64,000 bases of DNA, taken from an uncultured Actinomycetota bacterium. GTDB taxonomy: Bacteria; Actinomycetota; Actinomycetes; JAFAQI01. Positions 44,652-55,103 of the stretch are shown here, one piece after another. The stretch covers positions 32,001-96,000 of the forward strand of contig CAVYQE010000008.1 of NCBI GenBank assembly GCA_963770565.1, read 5' to 3'. Numbering within the stretch: the stretch's first letter is position 1; every line of letters begins with the position of its first letter. A program made the position numbers and the translations under genes. The notes under the pieces are model-generated. The model was not told the origin of the DNA. It saw only the letters and a program-made list of their open reading frames with translations, and did not search any database.

Positions 44652-46280
44652 GACCCGGCGCCGGCCGCCGCAGTCGAGCAGCTGGTCGATGCCGGCCGCG
44701 CGGTCGGTCAGGTGCAGCCTGACCAGCGGGCGGCTGCGGCCCTCGATCGCCTGGCTGTCGCCGAGCGCCTGGGCCAGTTGGAGCCGGCCGAAGGTGAACG
44801 GCCGACCGGGCACCTCGACGTCGAACGCGTGCGCGCCGGTGATCTGCAGGAAGACGCCGACCGGCGGGCCGCCTTTGTGGAACTGGCCGGTCGAGTGCAG
44901 GAAGCGCGGACCCCAGCCGAACGTGACCTGGTGCGGGGTGCGCGCCGCGAGTGCCTCGCGCAGGGTCGCCGCGGCCGCATCGTGGATCCGGTCGAGGTAG
45001 GCCATCACGGCGAGGTATCCGCGGTCCGGAATCGCCCCGAGCAGTGCGGCGACGACACCGGCGACGTCGGCGGCTCCACGAAGTAGTACGGCGTCGCCGT
45101 GCACCTCGACGGCGCCGTCGACGAACGCTGGCTCGCCCTCTGGCAGCGGGCCGTCACCGGCCTTGTCGAGGACCGCGTTCGTGTTGTCCTTCGACTCCTG
45201 CACGTTGGGCTGGTTGAACGGGTCGATTCCGATCACCTTGCCGGCGACCGCGGTCGCGAACTCCCAGGCCATGAACTGCGCGCCGAGCGGGCCGCGCACG
45301 CTCGTCCCCGGGTCGGCCGGCGAGCCGCCGAGGGTCACCAGGTGGGTGTCCGCGCGCGCGACGAAGCCGGGCGCCTCGGTCGAGCCGACCACGACCGGCA
45401 GCAGACCGCGCCCGCTCTTGCCGGTCGACTCCGCGATCAGCTGCTCGGCCCAGTCGCCGAAGCCGATGATGCCGGAGCCGGCGTCGGCGATCACGATCTT
45501 GTCATGGCCGGCGTTGCCGTAGCCACCGAGCGCCGCACCCAACGCCAGTGCCGGGTTGCCGTCGTCGCCCGACAAGAACGGCACCACCGCGGCGGCTTCG
45601 TCGAGCAGCTCACCGACCGGCACCCCGGCCAGCCCGGTCGGCACCAGGCCGAACGCGCTGAGCGCGCTGTAGCGGCCGCCGATGTTGGGGTCGGCCTCGA
45701 AGATCCGGTAACCGGCCTCGGTCGCGATCGCATGCAGCGGCGAACCCGGGTCGGTGACGACGACGATGCGCTGCGCCGGGTCGACGCCCGCGGCGCTGAA
45801 GGCCTCCTCATAGGCCCGGCGGTGGCTGTCGGTCTCGAGCGTGCCGCCGCTCTTGCTGGACACGACGAGGATGGCGCGCGCCAGCCGGTCGCTCAGCGCC
45901 GCCGCGATCTGGCCGGGGTCGGTCGTGTCGAGCGTCGTGAGCTCGACCGAGTACGTCGCGGCAATGACCTCGGGTGCGAGCGACGAGCCGCCCATCCCGG
46001 CCAGCACGACGTGGTCGGCACCGGCCGCGTTGAGGTCCCCGCGCAGCGCCTCGATCCGCGGCACCAGCGGCCTCGACACCTCGACGCAGTCGAGCCAGCC
46101 CAGCCGGATCGCCGCCTCGGCCGAGGCATCGGGGCCCCACAGCGAGGCGTCCTTGCCGATGATCGCCGCGGCGACACCGGCCAGACCGGCCTGTGCCTGC
46201 GCGCTCGCCGCGAGCAGGTCGGCGCCGGCCGACTCGACCGATACTCCGCCGACGCTCACGGCCGCGGACCGATCGTTCAC
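44648..46280 (-). CDS. pgi: Glucose-6-phosphate isomerase (actinobacterial Tal-Pgi-type Pgi)
   Basis: 'GMGGSSL', '[10 protein letters not shown]', 'GGRYSALS', 'QLIAESTGK', '[11 protein letters not shown]', '[10 protein letters not shown]'. The natural stop is probably the TGA overlapping the zwf ATG; a +1 indel near 44675 makes it read through. Confidence 0.85.
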
Positions 46281-47394
46281 TCCTCACCCGCCAGCTTCTC
46301 GAGCTCGGCCTGCACGGAGTCGGTCAGCTCGTTCCACGAGTTGTCGAACTTCTCGACGCCCTCGACCTCGAGAACCCGCACGACGTCGTCGTAGTCGATC
46401 CCGACGCCGGCGAGGGCATCGAGCACACCTTGCGCATGGATGTAGTTGGGCCGGATCGTGTCGCCGGTGATCTTGCCGTGGTCGGCCACTGCGAGGATCG
46501 TGCTCTCGGGCATCGTGTTGACGGTGCCGGGCGCGACCAGGTCGACGACGTACATGGTGTCTTCGTACGCCGGGTCCTTCGTTGACGTCGATGCCCAGAG
46601 CGGACGCTGCGGCTTCGCGCCGGCGGCCTCGAGGGCCCGCCACCGGTCGGAGTCGAACTTCTCCTCGAAGAGCTTGTAGGCGAGCCGAGCGTTGGCGACC
46701 GCCGCCTTGCCACGCAGCGCCTTCGCCTCGTCGGTGCCGATCTTGTCGAGCCGGCCGTCGACCTCGGTGTCGACCCGGGACACGAAGAACGACGCGACCG
46801 AGCCGAGCGTCGACAGGTCGTGGCCGGCTGCGCGGGCGCGCTCGAGGCCGGAGAGGAACGCGTCGATTACCTCGCGGTAGCGCTCGAGGGAGAAGATCAG
46901 GGTGACATTGACACTGATCCCTTCGGACAGCGTCTGCTCGATCGCGGGCACGCCCTCGACGGTTGCCGGGATCTTGATGAACAGGTTCGGCCGGTCGACC
47001 AGCCACCACAGCGATCGCGCCTCTGCCACGGTCTTCTTGCTGTCGTTCGCGAGGGCGGGCGACACCTCGATCGACACCCGCCCGTCGACGCTGTCGCTGG
47101 CGTCGTATTCCGGTCTGAAGACGTCACACGCCGCGCGGACGTCCTGCGCGGTGATCGCCCGCAACGCCTCGGCGACCGTCGACACCACGGATGGCGAGGC
47201 CCTTGACCTGCTCGTGGTAGAACGTCGCTGCCGGTGATCGCGTGCTGGAAGATCGTCGGGTTGGTGGTCACGCCGACCACGTGACGGTCACGGATCAGCC
47301 TGGCCAGGCTGCCGGTCACCAGCCGCTCGCGCGACAGGTCATCGAGCCAGATGGCGACGCCGGACTTGGCCAGTTCCTTCAGCTGGTCGGTCAT
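46277..47394 (-). CDS. tal: Transaldolase (two +1 indels at ~47220 and ~47177)
   Basis: '[16 protein letters not shown]' in one frame; 'DGRVSIEV', 'IKIPAT', 'VNVTLIFS', '[11 protein letters not shown]' in another. Confidence 0.9.
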
Positions 47395-47424
47395 ACGGTG
47401 CTCCTCGATTGGCGCTCGACGTGC

Positions 47425-49509
47425 CTAGTTTCCGGTGGTTGACCCCTTGGTCGCGCCAACCTTCGACAGGCTGGCGTGGGCCGCCGCGACGATCCGATCC
47501 GGCGTGAACCCAAACTGCTCGTAGATGATCCGGTACGGCGCGCTGGCGCCGAAGTGCTCCAGCGAGATGCACTCGCCGGCGTCACCGACGAAGTCGCGCC
47601 AGCCGAACGCTACTGCCGCCTCGACGGACACCCGGGCGCGGACGTCGGGCGGCAGGATCTCCTGGCGGTAGGACGCGTCCTGTGCCTCGAACCACTCCCG
47701 GCAGGGCATCGACACGACCCGCGTCGGGGTGCCCTCGGCCTCGAGTAGGTCGCGCGCCTCCAGCGCCATCGCGACTTCGCTCCCGGTCGCGATCAGGATG
47801 ACCTTTGGCGTCCCGCTGCTGGCCTCGGCGAGCACGTAGGCGCCGCGCACGACGCCGTCGGCCGAGCCGAGCGTCGACCGGTCGATCACCGGGAGGTCCT
47901 GACGGGAGAGGATCAACCCGGCCGGCCGGTCGCCATGCTCGATGATGGTCCGCCACGCGATCGAGGTCTCGGTCGCATCAGCGGGTCGTACGACGTCGAG
48001 ACCCGGGATCGCGCGCAGGGCCGCGAGGTGCTCGACCGGCTGGTGGGTCGGGCCGTCCTCGCCGAGCCCGATCGAGTCGTGGGTCCAGACGTAGGTCACC
48101 GGTGCCTTCATCAGCGCGGCCAGCCGCACCGCGCCGCGCATGTAGTCCGAGAAGGTGAGGAACGTGCCGCCGAACACCCGGGTGCCGCCGTGCAGGGCGA
48201 TCCCGTTGAGGATCGCGCCCATGCCGTGCTCGCGGATGCCGAAGTGCAGGATCCGGCCGTACGGCGACCCGCCGTGCGCCTCCGGCAGGAAAGAGTCGGC
48301 ACCGTCGATCTCGGTCAGGTTGCTCTCGGCCAGGTCGGCCGAGCCGCCCCACAGCTCCGGCAGCGCCGGCGCGATCGCATTGATGACTGCGCCGCTCGCC
48401 TTGCGGGTCGCCATCGGCTTCTCACCGGCGAAGTCCGGCAGCTTCGCGTCCCATCCCTCGGGCAGCCGGCGCTGCGAGATCCGCTCGAGCTCCGCGGCCC
48501 GATCGGGGTTGGCGGCCGCCCAGGCGTCGAAGCGCTCCTGCCATTCGGCGTGGGCGGCCCGGCCGCGGTCGACGACCTCGCGGGTGTGCGCGAGGACGTG
48601 GTCCGGGCAGTAGAAGCTCACCGCCGGGTCAAGGCCGAGGATCACCTTGGTCTTCGCGACCTCCTCGGCGCCGAGCGCCGAGCCGTGCGCCTTGCCGGTG
48701 TTCTGCTTGGTCGGGGCCGGCCAGCCGATGATCGAGTGCACGACGATCAGGCTCGGCTTGGCGGTCTCGGCCCGGGCTGCGTCGAACGCGTCGTACACCG
48801 CTTGGACGTCGTTGACGTCGGCGACGTGCTGGACATGCCAACCGTAGGCCTCGTAGCGGGCACCGACGTCCTCGCTGAACGCGACCTTGGTGTCGCCCTC
48901 GATCGAGATGTGGTTGTCGTCGTAGAGCAGCACGAGGCTGCCGAGCTGCTGGTGGCCGGCGATCGAGCTCGCTTCGGAGGAGATCCCCTCTTCCATGTCC
49001 CCGTCCGAGGCGAAGCACCAGATCGTGTGGTCGAACGGGCTCTCGCCGGGGGCGGCGCCGGGGTCGAACAGGCCCCGCTCGTAGCGAGCCGCCATCGCCA
49101 TCCCGACCGCGTTGCCGACCCCCTGGCCGAGCGGCCCGGTCGTGGTCTCGACGCCGATCGTGTGACCGTGCTCCGGGTGGCCCGGGGTCAGGGAGCCCCA
49201 TTGGCGGAGCAGCCTGAGGTCCTCCATCGTGAGGCCGTAGCCGGACAGGAAGAGCTGGATGTAGAGGGTCAGGCTGGAGTGGCCGCAGCTGAGCACGAAC
49301 CGGTCCCGGCCGACCCAGGCCGCGTCGGTCGGGTCGTGCCGCATCAGCCGCTGGAACAGCAGGTACGCCGCCGGCGCGAGGCTCATCGCGGTGCCAGGAT
49401 GGCCGTTTCCGGCGGCCTCGACCGCGTCCATTGCCAGTGCGCGGACGATGTCGACGGCGAGCTTGTCGTCATCGCTCCAGGCCAGCGCCTGGTGCCTGGT
49501 TGTGCTCAC
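47425..49509 (-). CDS. tkt: Transketolase
   Basis: 'GHPGTAM', 'TTGPLGQG', 'SDGDMEEG', 'FGIREH', 'GEDGPTHQP'. Confidence 0.97.
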   Translation of the reverse strand: MSTTRHQALAWSDDDKLAVDIVRALAMDAVEAAGNGHPGTAMSLAPAAYLLFQRLMRHDPTDAAWVGRDRFVLSCGHSSLTLYIQLFLSGYGLTMEDLRLLRQWGSLTPGHPEHGHTIGVETTTGPLGQGVGNAVGMAMAARYERGLFDPGAAPGESPFDHTIWCFASDGDMEEGISSEASSIAGHQQLGSLVLLYDDNHISIEGDTKVAFSEDVGARYEAYGWHVQHVADVNDVQAVYDAFDAARAETAKPSLIVVHSIIGWPAPTKQNTGKAHGSALGAEEVAKTKVILGLDPAVSFYCPDHVLAHTREVVDRGRAAHAEWQERFDAWAAANPDRAAELERISQRRLPEGWDAKLPDFAGEKPMATRKASGAVINAIAPALPELWGGSADLAESNLTEIDGADSFLPEAHGGSPYGRILHFGIREHGMGAILNGIALHGGTRVFGGTFLTFSDYMRGAVRLAALMKAPVTYVWTHDSIGLGEDGPTHQPVEHLAALRAIPGLDVVRPADATETSIAWRTIIEHGDRPAGLILSRQDLPVIDRSTLGSADGVVRGAYVLAEASSGTPKVILIATGSEVAMALEARDLLEAEGTPTRVVSMPCREWFEAQDASYRQEILPPDVRARVSVEAAVAFGWRDFVGDAGECISLEHFGASAPYRIIYEQFGFTPDRIVAAAHASLSKVGATKGSTTGN

Positions 49510-49688
49510 GATGGCTCCTCGGACGAAGTGATCACTGTCGAGCGTAGTGACGTTGCGGGACAGAACAATCCCCGGCGGTCATACCCATGCACGGCCCCCA
49601 CCAACGGTGACCGTTAGGATCGCTCTGGTTGCCTAGCAGCTGCCGGGGAATGCGACGCCGACGCTGACGCCGCCCGCCGAACCAAAGG

Positions 49689-50624
49689 ATGCGCGTGACG
49701 CAGGTTGCCTCGCCCGCAGTGGCCGTTGGCCCCGGCGTCCGCGAGGTGAGCCCCGGTGTCCGTGCGGTCATCGGCCGCTATGTCGCCCTGACGAAGCCGC
49801 GGATCATCGAGCTCCTGCTCGTCACGACACTGCCGGTGATGATCCTGGCGGCCCGCGGGCTGCCGTCGTTGTGGACGGCGGCCGCGACCCTGGTCGGCGG
49901 CACGCTGGCGGCCGGGAGCGCCAACACGCTCAACTGCGTCGTCGACCGCGACATCGACGCGGTGATGTCGCGCACCCGGCGCCGGCCGATGGCCCGCCAG
50001 GAGGTGCCGCCGGTCGCGGCGCTGCGGTTCGGGATCGCGCTCGGCGCGGCGGCCACGCTGCTGTTGGGCCTCGGCGTCAACCTGGTCTCGGCCGGCCTGG
50101 CCGACGCCGCGATCCTGTTCTACGTCTTCGTCTACACGCTGGGTCTGAAGCGCCGTACGCCGTCGAACATCGTGATCGGCGGCGCGGCCGGCTGCTTCCC
50201 GGTGCTGATCGGGTGGTCGGCCGTGCGTGGCGATGTCGGCTGGCCGGCGGTCGTGCTGTTTGCCGTGGTGTTCCTGTGGACGCCGCCGCATTTCTGGGCG
50301 CTGGCGATGCGGTTCAAGGACGACTACGCCGCGGCCGGGGTGCCGATGCTGCCCGTCGTGGCGCCGGCTCGCTCGGTGACCCGGCAGATCGTGCTCTATT
50401 CGTGGGCGATGGTGGCCGCCTCGCTGATCCTGATCCCGTTCGGGGCCGGTCCGCTCTACGCGGCAGCCGCCGTCGTACTCGGGGCCGGCTTCCTATTCGA
50501 GGCGCACCGGCTCGACCGCCGGGTGCGCCGCGGCGAGCCGGCCAAGCCGCTCGCCCTGTTCCACCAGTCGATCAGCTATCTCACGCTGTTGTTTGTGGCT
50601 GTCGCGCTGAGCCAGTTCGTCTGA
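49689..50624 (+). CDS. ctaB: Protoheme IX farnesyltransferase (heme o synthase)
   Basis: '[10 protein letters not shown]', '[13 protein letters not shown]', 'NIVIGG', 'WTPPHFWAL'. Divergent from tkt. Confidence 0.95.
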   Translation: MRVTQVASPAVAVGPGVREVSPGVRAVIGRYVALTKPRIIELLLVTTLPVMILAARGLPSLWTAAATLVGGTLAAGSANTLNCVVDRDIDAVMSRTRRRPMARQEVPPVAALRFGIALGAAATLLLGLGVNLVSAGLADAAILFYVFVYTLGLKRRTPSNIVIGGAAGCFPVLIGWSAVRGDVGWPAVVLFAVVFLWTPPHFWALAMRFKDDYAAAGVPMLPVVAPARSVTRQIVLYSWAMVAASLILIPFGAGPLYAAAAVVLGAGFLFEAHRLDRRVRRGEPAKPLALFHQSISYLTLLFVAVALSQFV

Positions 50625-51522
50625 GCCGGGGCTCGTCCGGCGCGGCGGGCACCGGCGCGGTGAAGCCCAGCTGGAGCCAGATCGTCGCGCCCCACAGCAC
50701 GGTCGCTCCGGCGACGTGGAGCTCGACGACGCCAGGCGGCAGGTTGAGGAAGTACTGCGTGTAGCCGATCGCGACCTGCAGCACGATCATCCCGGCGAGG
50801 AACGAGGCGCGGCGCCGGATCAGGTCGGTGGTGGGCGTGAGGCGGACGGCGAACAAGGTGGCGATCACCAGGCCGGTGAGCAGCAGCGCGGAGTCGGCAT
50901 GGAGCTGGGTGACCCGCTCGAGCGGGAAGTGCAGCCGCTTGACGTGCGCGCCCGAGCCCGCATGGGGGCCGGTGCCGGTGGTGACGGTGCCGAGGAACAG
51001 CACGACCGCGGCGACCGCGACGAGCAGCCGGCCGAGCAGGAGCAACGGGCGAGCGACGTCGGGCTGCATCGGCGCCCATCGCGGTTCGGCCCGGTGGACC
51101 AGGACCAGTGCGATCCACAGCATGGTCATCGAGAGCAGGAAGTGCGCCATGACCCAGGGCGGGGCCAGGTGGTAGATGACCGAAAGGCCGCCGACGACGG
51201 CCTGGCCGGCGAAGCCCACCACCAGGCTCCAAGCCAGCCAGCTGAGGTCGCGCCGGCGCGGCGTACGCAGCAGGGCACCGACCGCAACCAGGAGCACGAA
51301 GACGCCGACCAGCGAGGTGATCACGCGGTTCACGAACTCGACGAGCGCGTGGTAGGACGCCGGGGCGACCAGCGACGTGCTCGTGCACCGGGGCCAGTCC
51401 GGGCAGCCGAGCCCGGACGACGTGAGCCGGACGGCCGCGCCGGTGACCACGATCGCAGCGAGCGATACCGCTACGGCCACGGTGAGCCGGCGGAATGTCG
51501 TGGGGGAGATCGACGCTGACAT
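50581..51522 (-). CDS. ctaA: Heme A synthase (COX15/CtaA family)
   Basis: '[16 protein letters not shown]', 'EFVNR', 'TGTGPHAG', 'QLH', 'ELHVAG'. Confidence 0.9.
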   Translation of the reverse strand: MSASISPTTFRRLTVAVAVSLAAIVVTGAAVRLTSSGLGCPDWPRCTSTSLVAPASYHALVEFVNRVITSLVGVFVLLVAVGALLRTPRRRDLSWLAWSLVVGFAGQAVVGGLSVIYHLAPPWVMAHFLLSMTMLWIALVLVHRAEPRWAPMQPDVARPLLLLGRLLVAVAAVVLFLGTVTTGTGPHAGSGAHVKRLHFPLERVTQLHADSALLLTGLVIATLFAVRLTPTTDLIRRRASFLAGMIVLQVAIGYTQYFLNLPPGVVELHVAGATVLWGATIWLQLGFTAPVPAAPDEPRLRRTGSARQPQTTA

Positions 51523-51633
51523 TCTTCGGGAAGTCTAGGAGAGCGGGCCGCGCACGCCCCCGGGGCCTAACTAATCCGGATGACCCGAGTTAGTGTGGAT
51601 ATCGCCAGATGGATGTCCGAAGGAGGGAACGGC

Positions 51634-52170
51634 GTGACGACCCGAACGGTCAGCCCGGCGCTGGCCACACGGAGTAGCCGGCTGTCGGCGTTCTTCTCGT
51701 TCCCGGATCCGGTCAACGAGGTCTCCGCCCGGCTCGTCGCCGGCGGGGTCGTGCTGATGACGGTGCCGGCGCTGATCTTCGACGAGCACGCGGTGTGGCT
51801 GATCGCGGTCCTCGCGTACGGCTTTGTCGCCCGCGTGCTGACCGGGCCGACCATGAGCCCGCTCGGCCAGTTCGTGACCCGGGTCGTGACGCCCCGGCTG
51901 GGTCTGGGGTTCCGGCCGGTGCCGGGCCCGCCGAAGCGGTTCGCTCAGGCGATGGGAGTGGCGTTCTCGGTCAGCGCCCTTGCCCTGACTCTGGCCGGCG
52001 CGGATCTGCCCGCCAGGATCGTGCTGGCCCTGCTGTTGACCGCGGCCACCTTGGAGTCGGTCTTCGCGCTCTGCCTCGGCTGTGTGGTGTTCGGCGTACT
52101 CATGCGGGCCGGGATCGTGCCCGACTCGGTCTGCGAGCGCTGCAACAACATCGCCCTCCGCTCCCTCTAA
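51634..52170 (+). CDS. DUF4395 family membrane protein
   Basis: AGGAGG RBS at 51621. 'FPDPVNEVSAR', 'GPPKRFAQ', 'LESVFALCLGC', 'CERC'. Confidence 0.85.
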   Translation: MTTRTVSPALATRSSRLSAFFSFPDPVNEVSARLVAGGVVLMTVPALIFDEHAVWLIAVLAYGFVARVLTGPTMSPLGQFVTRVVTPRLGLGFRPVPGPPKRFAQAMGVAFSVSALALTLAGADLPARIVLALLLTAATLESVFALCLGCVVFGVLMRAGIVPDSVCERCNNIALRSL

Positions 52171-52180
52171 CCCCCGCCAA

Positions 52181-52257
52181 GCAATGTCACATTGCCCAGC
52201 GTTTCCTGGGGGTGGTGTCACATTGCCACGGGGTTTCCCGGGGCAATGTGACATTGC
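52181..52257. repeat. 31-bp-period repeat of a 15-bp palindrome (3 cores)
   Basis: GCAATGTCACATTGC (52181), GTGGTGTCACATTGC (52212), GCAATGTGACATTGC (52243), with 16-nt linkers sharing GTTTCC. Confidence 0.8.
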
Positions 52258-52613
52258 TACGAGAAGGGGTGGCGGGGGCGGCGGAGCACGGGGGCGAATG
52301 CCTTAGCGACCGCGGTGCGCTCGGCGTCCCGCCACGCCCGACGGTCGGTGAAGGCCGCTTGCCGGTGCCTGCGCGATCCGCGCGCGACCAATGCTGAGCG
52401 CACCACGAACCCGGCCGGTACGACGAAGGGAAGGAGCGCCCAACCGCCGGCTCCGGTCATCGCCAGGACCGCGCTGACCGCGGCAGCGGCGAGCAGGGTC
52501 AGGAACGCGTCCGCGCCGGCGGCGAGGCTCGACCAGAAGTCGCGGTCGCTGCGGAACGGCTCCTCGACCCGCTCGGTCAACGACTCGTTCTCCCACCAGG
52601 AGCTCACGGTCAT
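52257..52613 (-). CDS. Hypothetical membrane protein (2 TM)
   Basis: 118-aa ORF with two hydrophobic segments. No family recognised. Confidence 0.5.
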   Translation of the reverse strand: MTVSSWWENESLTERVEEPFRSDRDFWSSLAAGADAFLTLLAAAAVSAVLAMTGAGGWALLPFVVPAGFVVRSALVARGSRRHRQAAFTDRRAWRDAERTAVAKAFAPVLRRPRHPFS

Positions 52614-52719
52614 GCTTAGGCATCGACAGACCGGGCCGCCGGCCGGTTCGCCCGGACGAGCGACCTTCAGGGCCGCCGATCGGTTTGCCGGGGGATCCGC
52701 CGGTTTGCGCAGCGGTCAG

Positions 52720-52815
52720 GGCGGTCCGACCACCCGCCGGATGCTCGAGGAGATCCTCGCGGTCGAGGAGGAGCGCGGCAACGACATGCTCACCTTCCTG
52801 GAGCAGATGACCTGA
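52720..52815 (+). pseudogene. C-terminal remnant of a ferritin/Dps/bacterioferritin-like gene
   Basis: 'GGPTTRRMLEEILAVEEERGNDMLTFLEQMT*' resembles the ferritin-like last helix 'DPTTRRMLEEILAVEEEHADD'. No upstream part is present. Confidence 0.6.
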
Positions 52816-52841
52816 GGGGCGCGGCCCGTCCGGGGGGTGAC

Positions 52842-52859
52842 CTTAACGTGCGCGTTAAG
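52842..52859. promoter_or_regulatory. Probable MerR-family operator
   Basis: Dyad CTTAACG-TGCG-CGTTAAG immediately after a -35-like GTGACC and upstream of the MFS-merR pair. Confidence 0.6.
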
Positions 52860-52869
52860 ATTCCTTATC

Positions 52870-54567
52870 GTGCGCGACTACAAGTGGACTGCCTTGTTCA
52901 TCTGCACCCTCGGGGTGCTGATGGCGACGATCGACGGCTCGATCACGCTGATCTCACTGCCGACGATCTTCCGCGGGATCGGGATCGACCCGCTGCAGCC
53001 CGGCAACAGCTTCTACCTGCTTTGGATGATCCTGGGCTTCCTCGTTGTCACGAGCGTGCTCGTGGTCAGCCTCGGCCGGCTCGGCGACATCTACGGCCGG
53101 GTCCGGATCTACAACCTCGGCTTCGCGGTCTTCACGTTCTTCTCGTTGTTGCTGAGCATCACCTGGACTTCGGGTCATGCGGCCGGGATCTGGCTGATCG
53201 TGATGCGGCTGTTCCAGGCGGTGGGCGCGGCGATGCTGATCGCCAACTCCGCGGCGATCCTCACCGATGCGTTCCCCTCGAACCAGCGCGGGACGGCGCT
53301 GGGGATCAATCAGACCGCTGCCTTCAGCGGGACCTTCATCGGTCTGGTGCTCGGTGGGGTCCTGGCGCCGATCAACTGGCGGCTGATCTTCTTGGTCTCG
53401 GTGCCGATCGGTTTGTTCGCGACGGTCTGGGGATACCTCAAGCTGCGCGAGCTGGCTGACCGGCGCCCGGCCCGGATCGACTGGCCGGGCAACGTGACGT
53501 TCGCGCTCGGCCTGGTGCTGGTCATGATCGGTATCACCTACGGCATAGAGCCGTATGGGGGCTCGACGATGGGCTGGACCAATCCCGCCGTGATCGGCGA
53601 GCTGGCCGCTGGCGTCGCCCTGCTGATCGCGTTCTGCGTGATCGAGACCCGGGTCGCCGAGCCGATGTTTCACCTGGAGCTGTTCAGAATCCGTGCGTTC
53701 ACCTCCGGCGTACTGGCCAGCTTCCTGGCGGCACTGAGCCGTGGCGGGTTGATGTTCATGCTGATCATCTGGCTGCAGGGGATCTGGCTTCCGTTGCACG
53801 GCGTCGAGTTCGCCGACACCCCGCTGCGGGCCGGCCTTGCGATGCTGCCGCTGACCTTCGGCTTCCTGGTGGCCGGGCCGGTGTCAGGCATCCTGTCCGA
53901 TCGGTTCGGCGCGCGGCCGTTTGCGACCGGGGGGATGATCGGTACGGCGATCTGCTTCGCGCTCTTCGAGATCCTGCCGGTCGACTTCTCCTATCCGGTC
54001 TTCGCGGTGTTGCTGTTCGTCACCGGCCTGGTGATGGCGGCGTTCGGTTCGCCGAACCGGGCCGGCGTGATGAACAGCCTGCCGCCGCAGCATCGCGGCT
54101 CCGGCTCCGGCATGAACACCACGTTCCAGAACTCGGCGCAGGTGCTGTCGATCGGCATCTTCTTCACCCTGATGATCGTGGGGTTGTCCGCGTCGCTGCG
54201 GACCAATCTCGACCACGGCCTGGTTGCGCACGGCGTGCCGGCCGCGGTCGCGACCCATGTCTCGAACCTCCCGCCGGTGTCGACGTTGTTCGCCGCATTC
54301 CTCGGCTACAACCCGGTCCAGCACCTGGTCGGCGCGCACGTGCTCTCGCAGCTGCCGGCCGGCCAGCAGGCAACCCTGACCGGCCGGACCTTCTTCCCGG
54401 GCTTGATCAGCAGCTCGTTCCGCAGCGGCCTTCGGGCCGCGTTCGACTTCGCGATCGTGGCGAGCGTGCTGGCCGCGATCGCGTCCTGGACCCGGGGTAC
54501 GACGTACCACTATGGCGACGCCGCCGCGGTGTCGCTCGATCCGGAACCGGAGGCACTCACTCGATGA
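52870..54567 (+). CDS. MFS transporter (DHA2-like, 14 TMS)
   Basis: 'YKWTALFICTLGVLMATIDGSI', 'GRLGDIYGR', 'WRLIFLV', 'IDWPG', 'SDRFGAR'. Confidence 0.9.
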   Translation: MRDYKWTALFICTLGVLMATIDGSITLISLPTIFRGIGIDPLQPGNSFYLLWMILGFLVVTSVLVVSLGRLGDIYGRVRIYNLGFAVFTFFSLLLSITWTSGHAAGIWLIVMRLFQAVGAAMLIANSAAILTDAFPSNQRGTALGINQTAAFSGTFIGLVLGGVLAPINWRLIFLVSVPIGLFATVWGYLKLRELADRRPARIDWPGNVTFALGLVLVMIGITYGIEPYGGSTMGWTNPAVIGELAAGVALLIAFCVIETRVAEPMFHLELFRIRAFTSGVLASFLAALSRGGLMFMLIIWLQGIWLPLHGVEFADTPLRAGLAMLPLTFGFLVAGPVSGILSDRFGARPFATGGMIGTAICFALFEILPVDFSYPVFAVLLFVTGLVMAAFGSPNRAGVMNSLPPQHRGSGSGMNTTFQNSAQVLSIGIFFTLMIVGLSASLRTNLDHGLVAHGVPAAVATHVSNLPPVSTLFAAFLGYNPVQHLVGAHVLSQLPAGQQATLTGRTFFPGLISSSFRSGLRAAFDFAIVASVLAAIASWTRGTTYHYGDAAAVSLDPEPEALTR

Positions 54568-55046
54568 GAACGCGTCGAGCGACCGGCGTCGGGCCGGTCG
54601 AGCTACGGATCGGCGAGGTGGCCAAGCTGACCGGGCTGACCACACGCACGCTGCGCTACTGGGAGGAGCTCGGCCTGCTGAGCCCGTCCGGCCACCGGGG
54701 GAGCGGCGAGCGGGTCTATTCGGCGCTGGACATGGCCCGGGTGACCCGGATCCGCGACCTTCAAGACCTGCTGGGCTTCTCGCTCGCGGAGGTGCGCGCC
54801 GTACTCGAGATCGAGGACGTCGAGGTGCTCGACCGGGTCCGGTCGGAGTTCCGGGCGGGCGAGCTGTCGGCGAAACGCAAGCGCGAGCTGCTCGACGAGG
54901 CCATCGCCGCCAATGACCACCTGCTCGAGCGGCTGGGGGAGACCCAGGCGCGGATCCAGGCGTTTCGCGACGAGCGGGCGGCGAAGGCGATCCGCCTGCG
55001 CGAGCTGCGCGACGGGCTCGGCGAGAAGGTCGGAGCGAGGCGCTAG
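54564..55046 (+). CDS. MerR family transcriptional regulator
   Basis: 'LRIGEVAKLTGLTTRTLRYWEELGLL..R.YS..LGFSLAEV'. Confidence 0.92.
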   Translation: MRTRRATGVGPVELRIGEVAKLTGLTTRTLRYWEELGLLSPSGHRGSGERVYSALDMARVTRIRDLQDLLGFSLAEVRAVLEIEDVEVLDRVRSEFRAGELSAKRKRELLDEAIAANDHLLERLGETQARIQAFRDERAAKAIRLRELRDGLGEKVGARR

Positions 55047-55103
55047 GCCGCGGGTTCCCACTGAACGTTGAGCGCGGCTCGCTCGTGCCCCATGATCAAC
55101 ACC

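Noticed and set aside
43560-46280. Apparent 906-aa Pgi-Zwf fusion ORF
   Set aside because: A TGA overlapping the zwf ATG (tcATGA) exists one frame away, and the region is full of single-base indels. Best explained as an error-induced readthrough.
50581-50624. 44-bp convergent overlap of ctaB and ctaA
   Set aside because: Short 3' overlaps are common in high-GC genomes and could also reflect a tail indel. No further signal.
52181-52257. Possible mini-CRISPR
   Set aside because: The cores are only 15 bp, the linkers are 16 nt and similar to each other, and there are no cas genes in the window.
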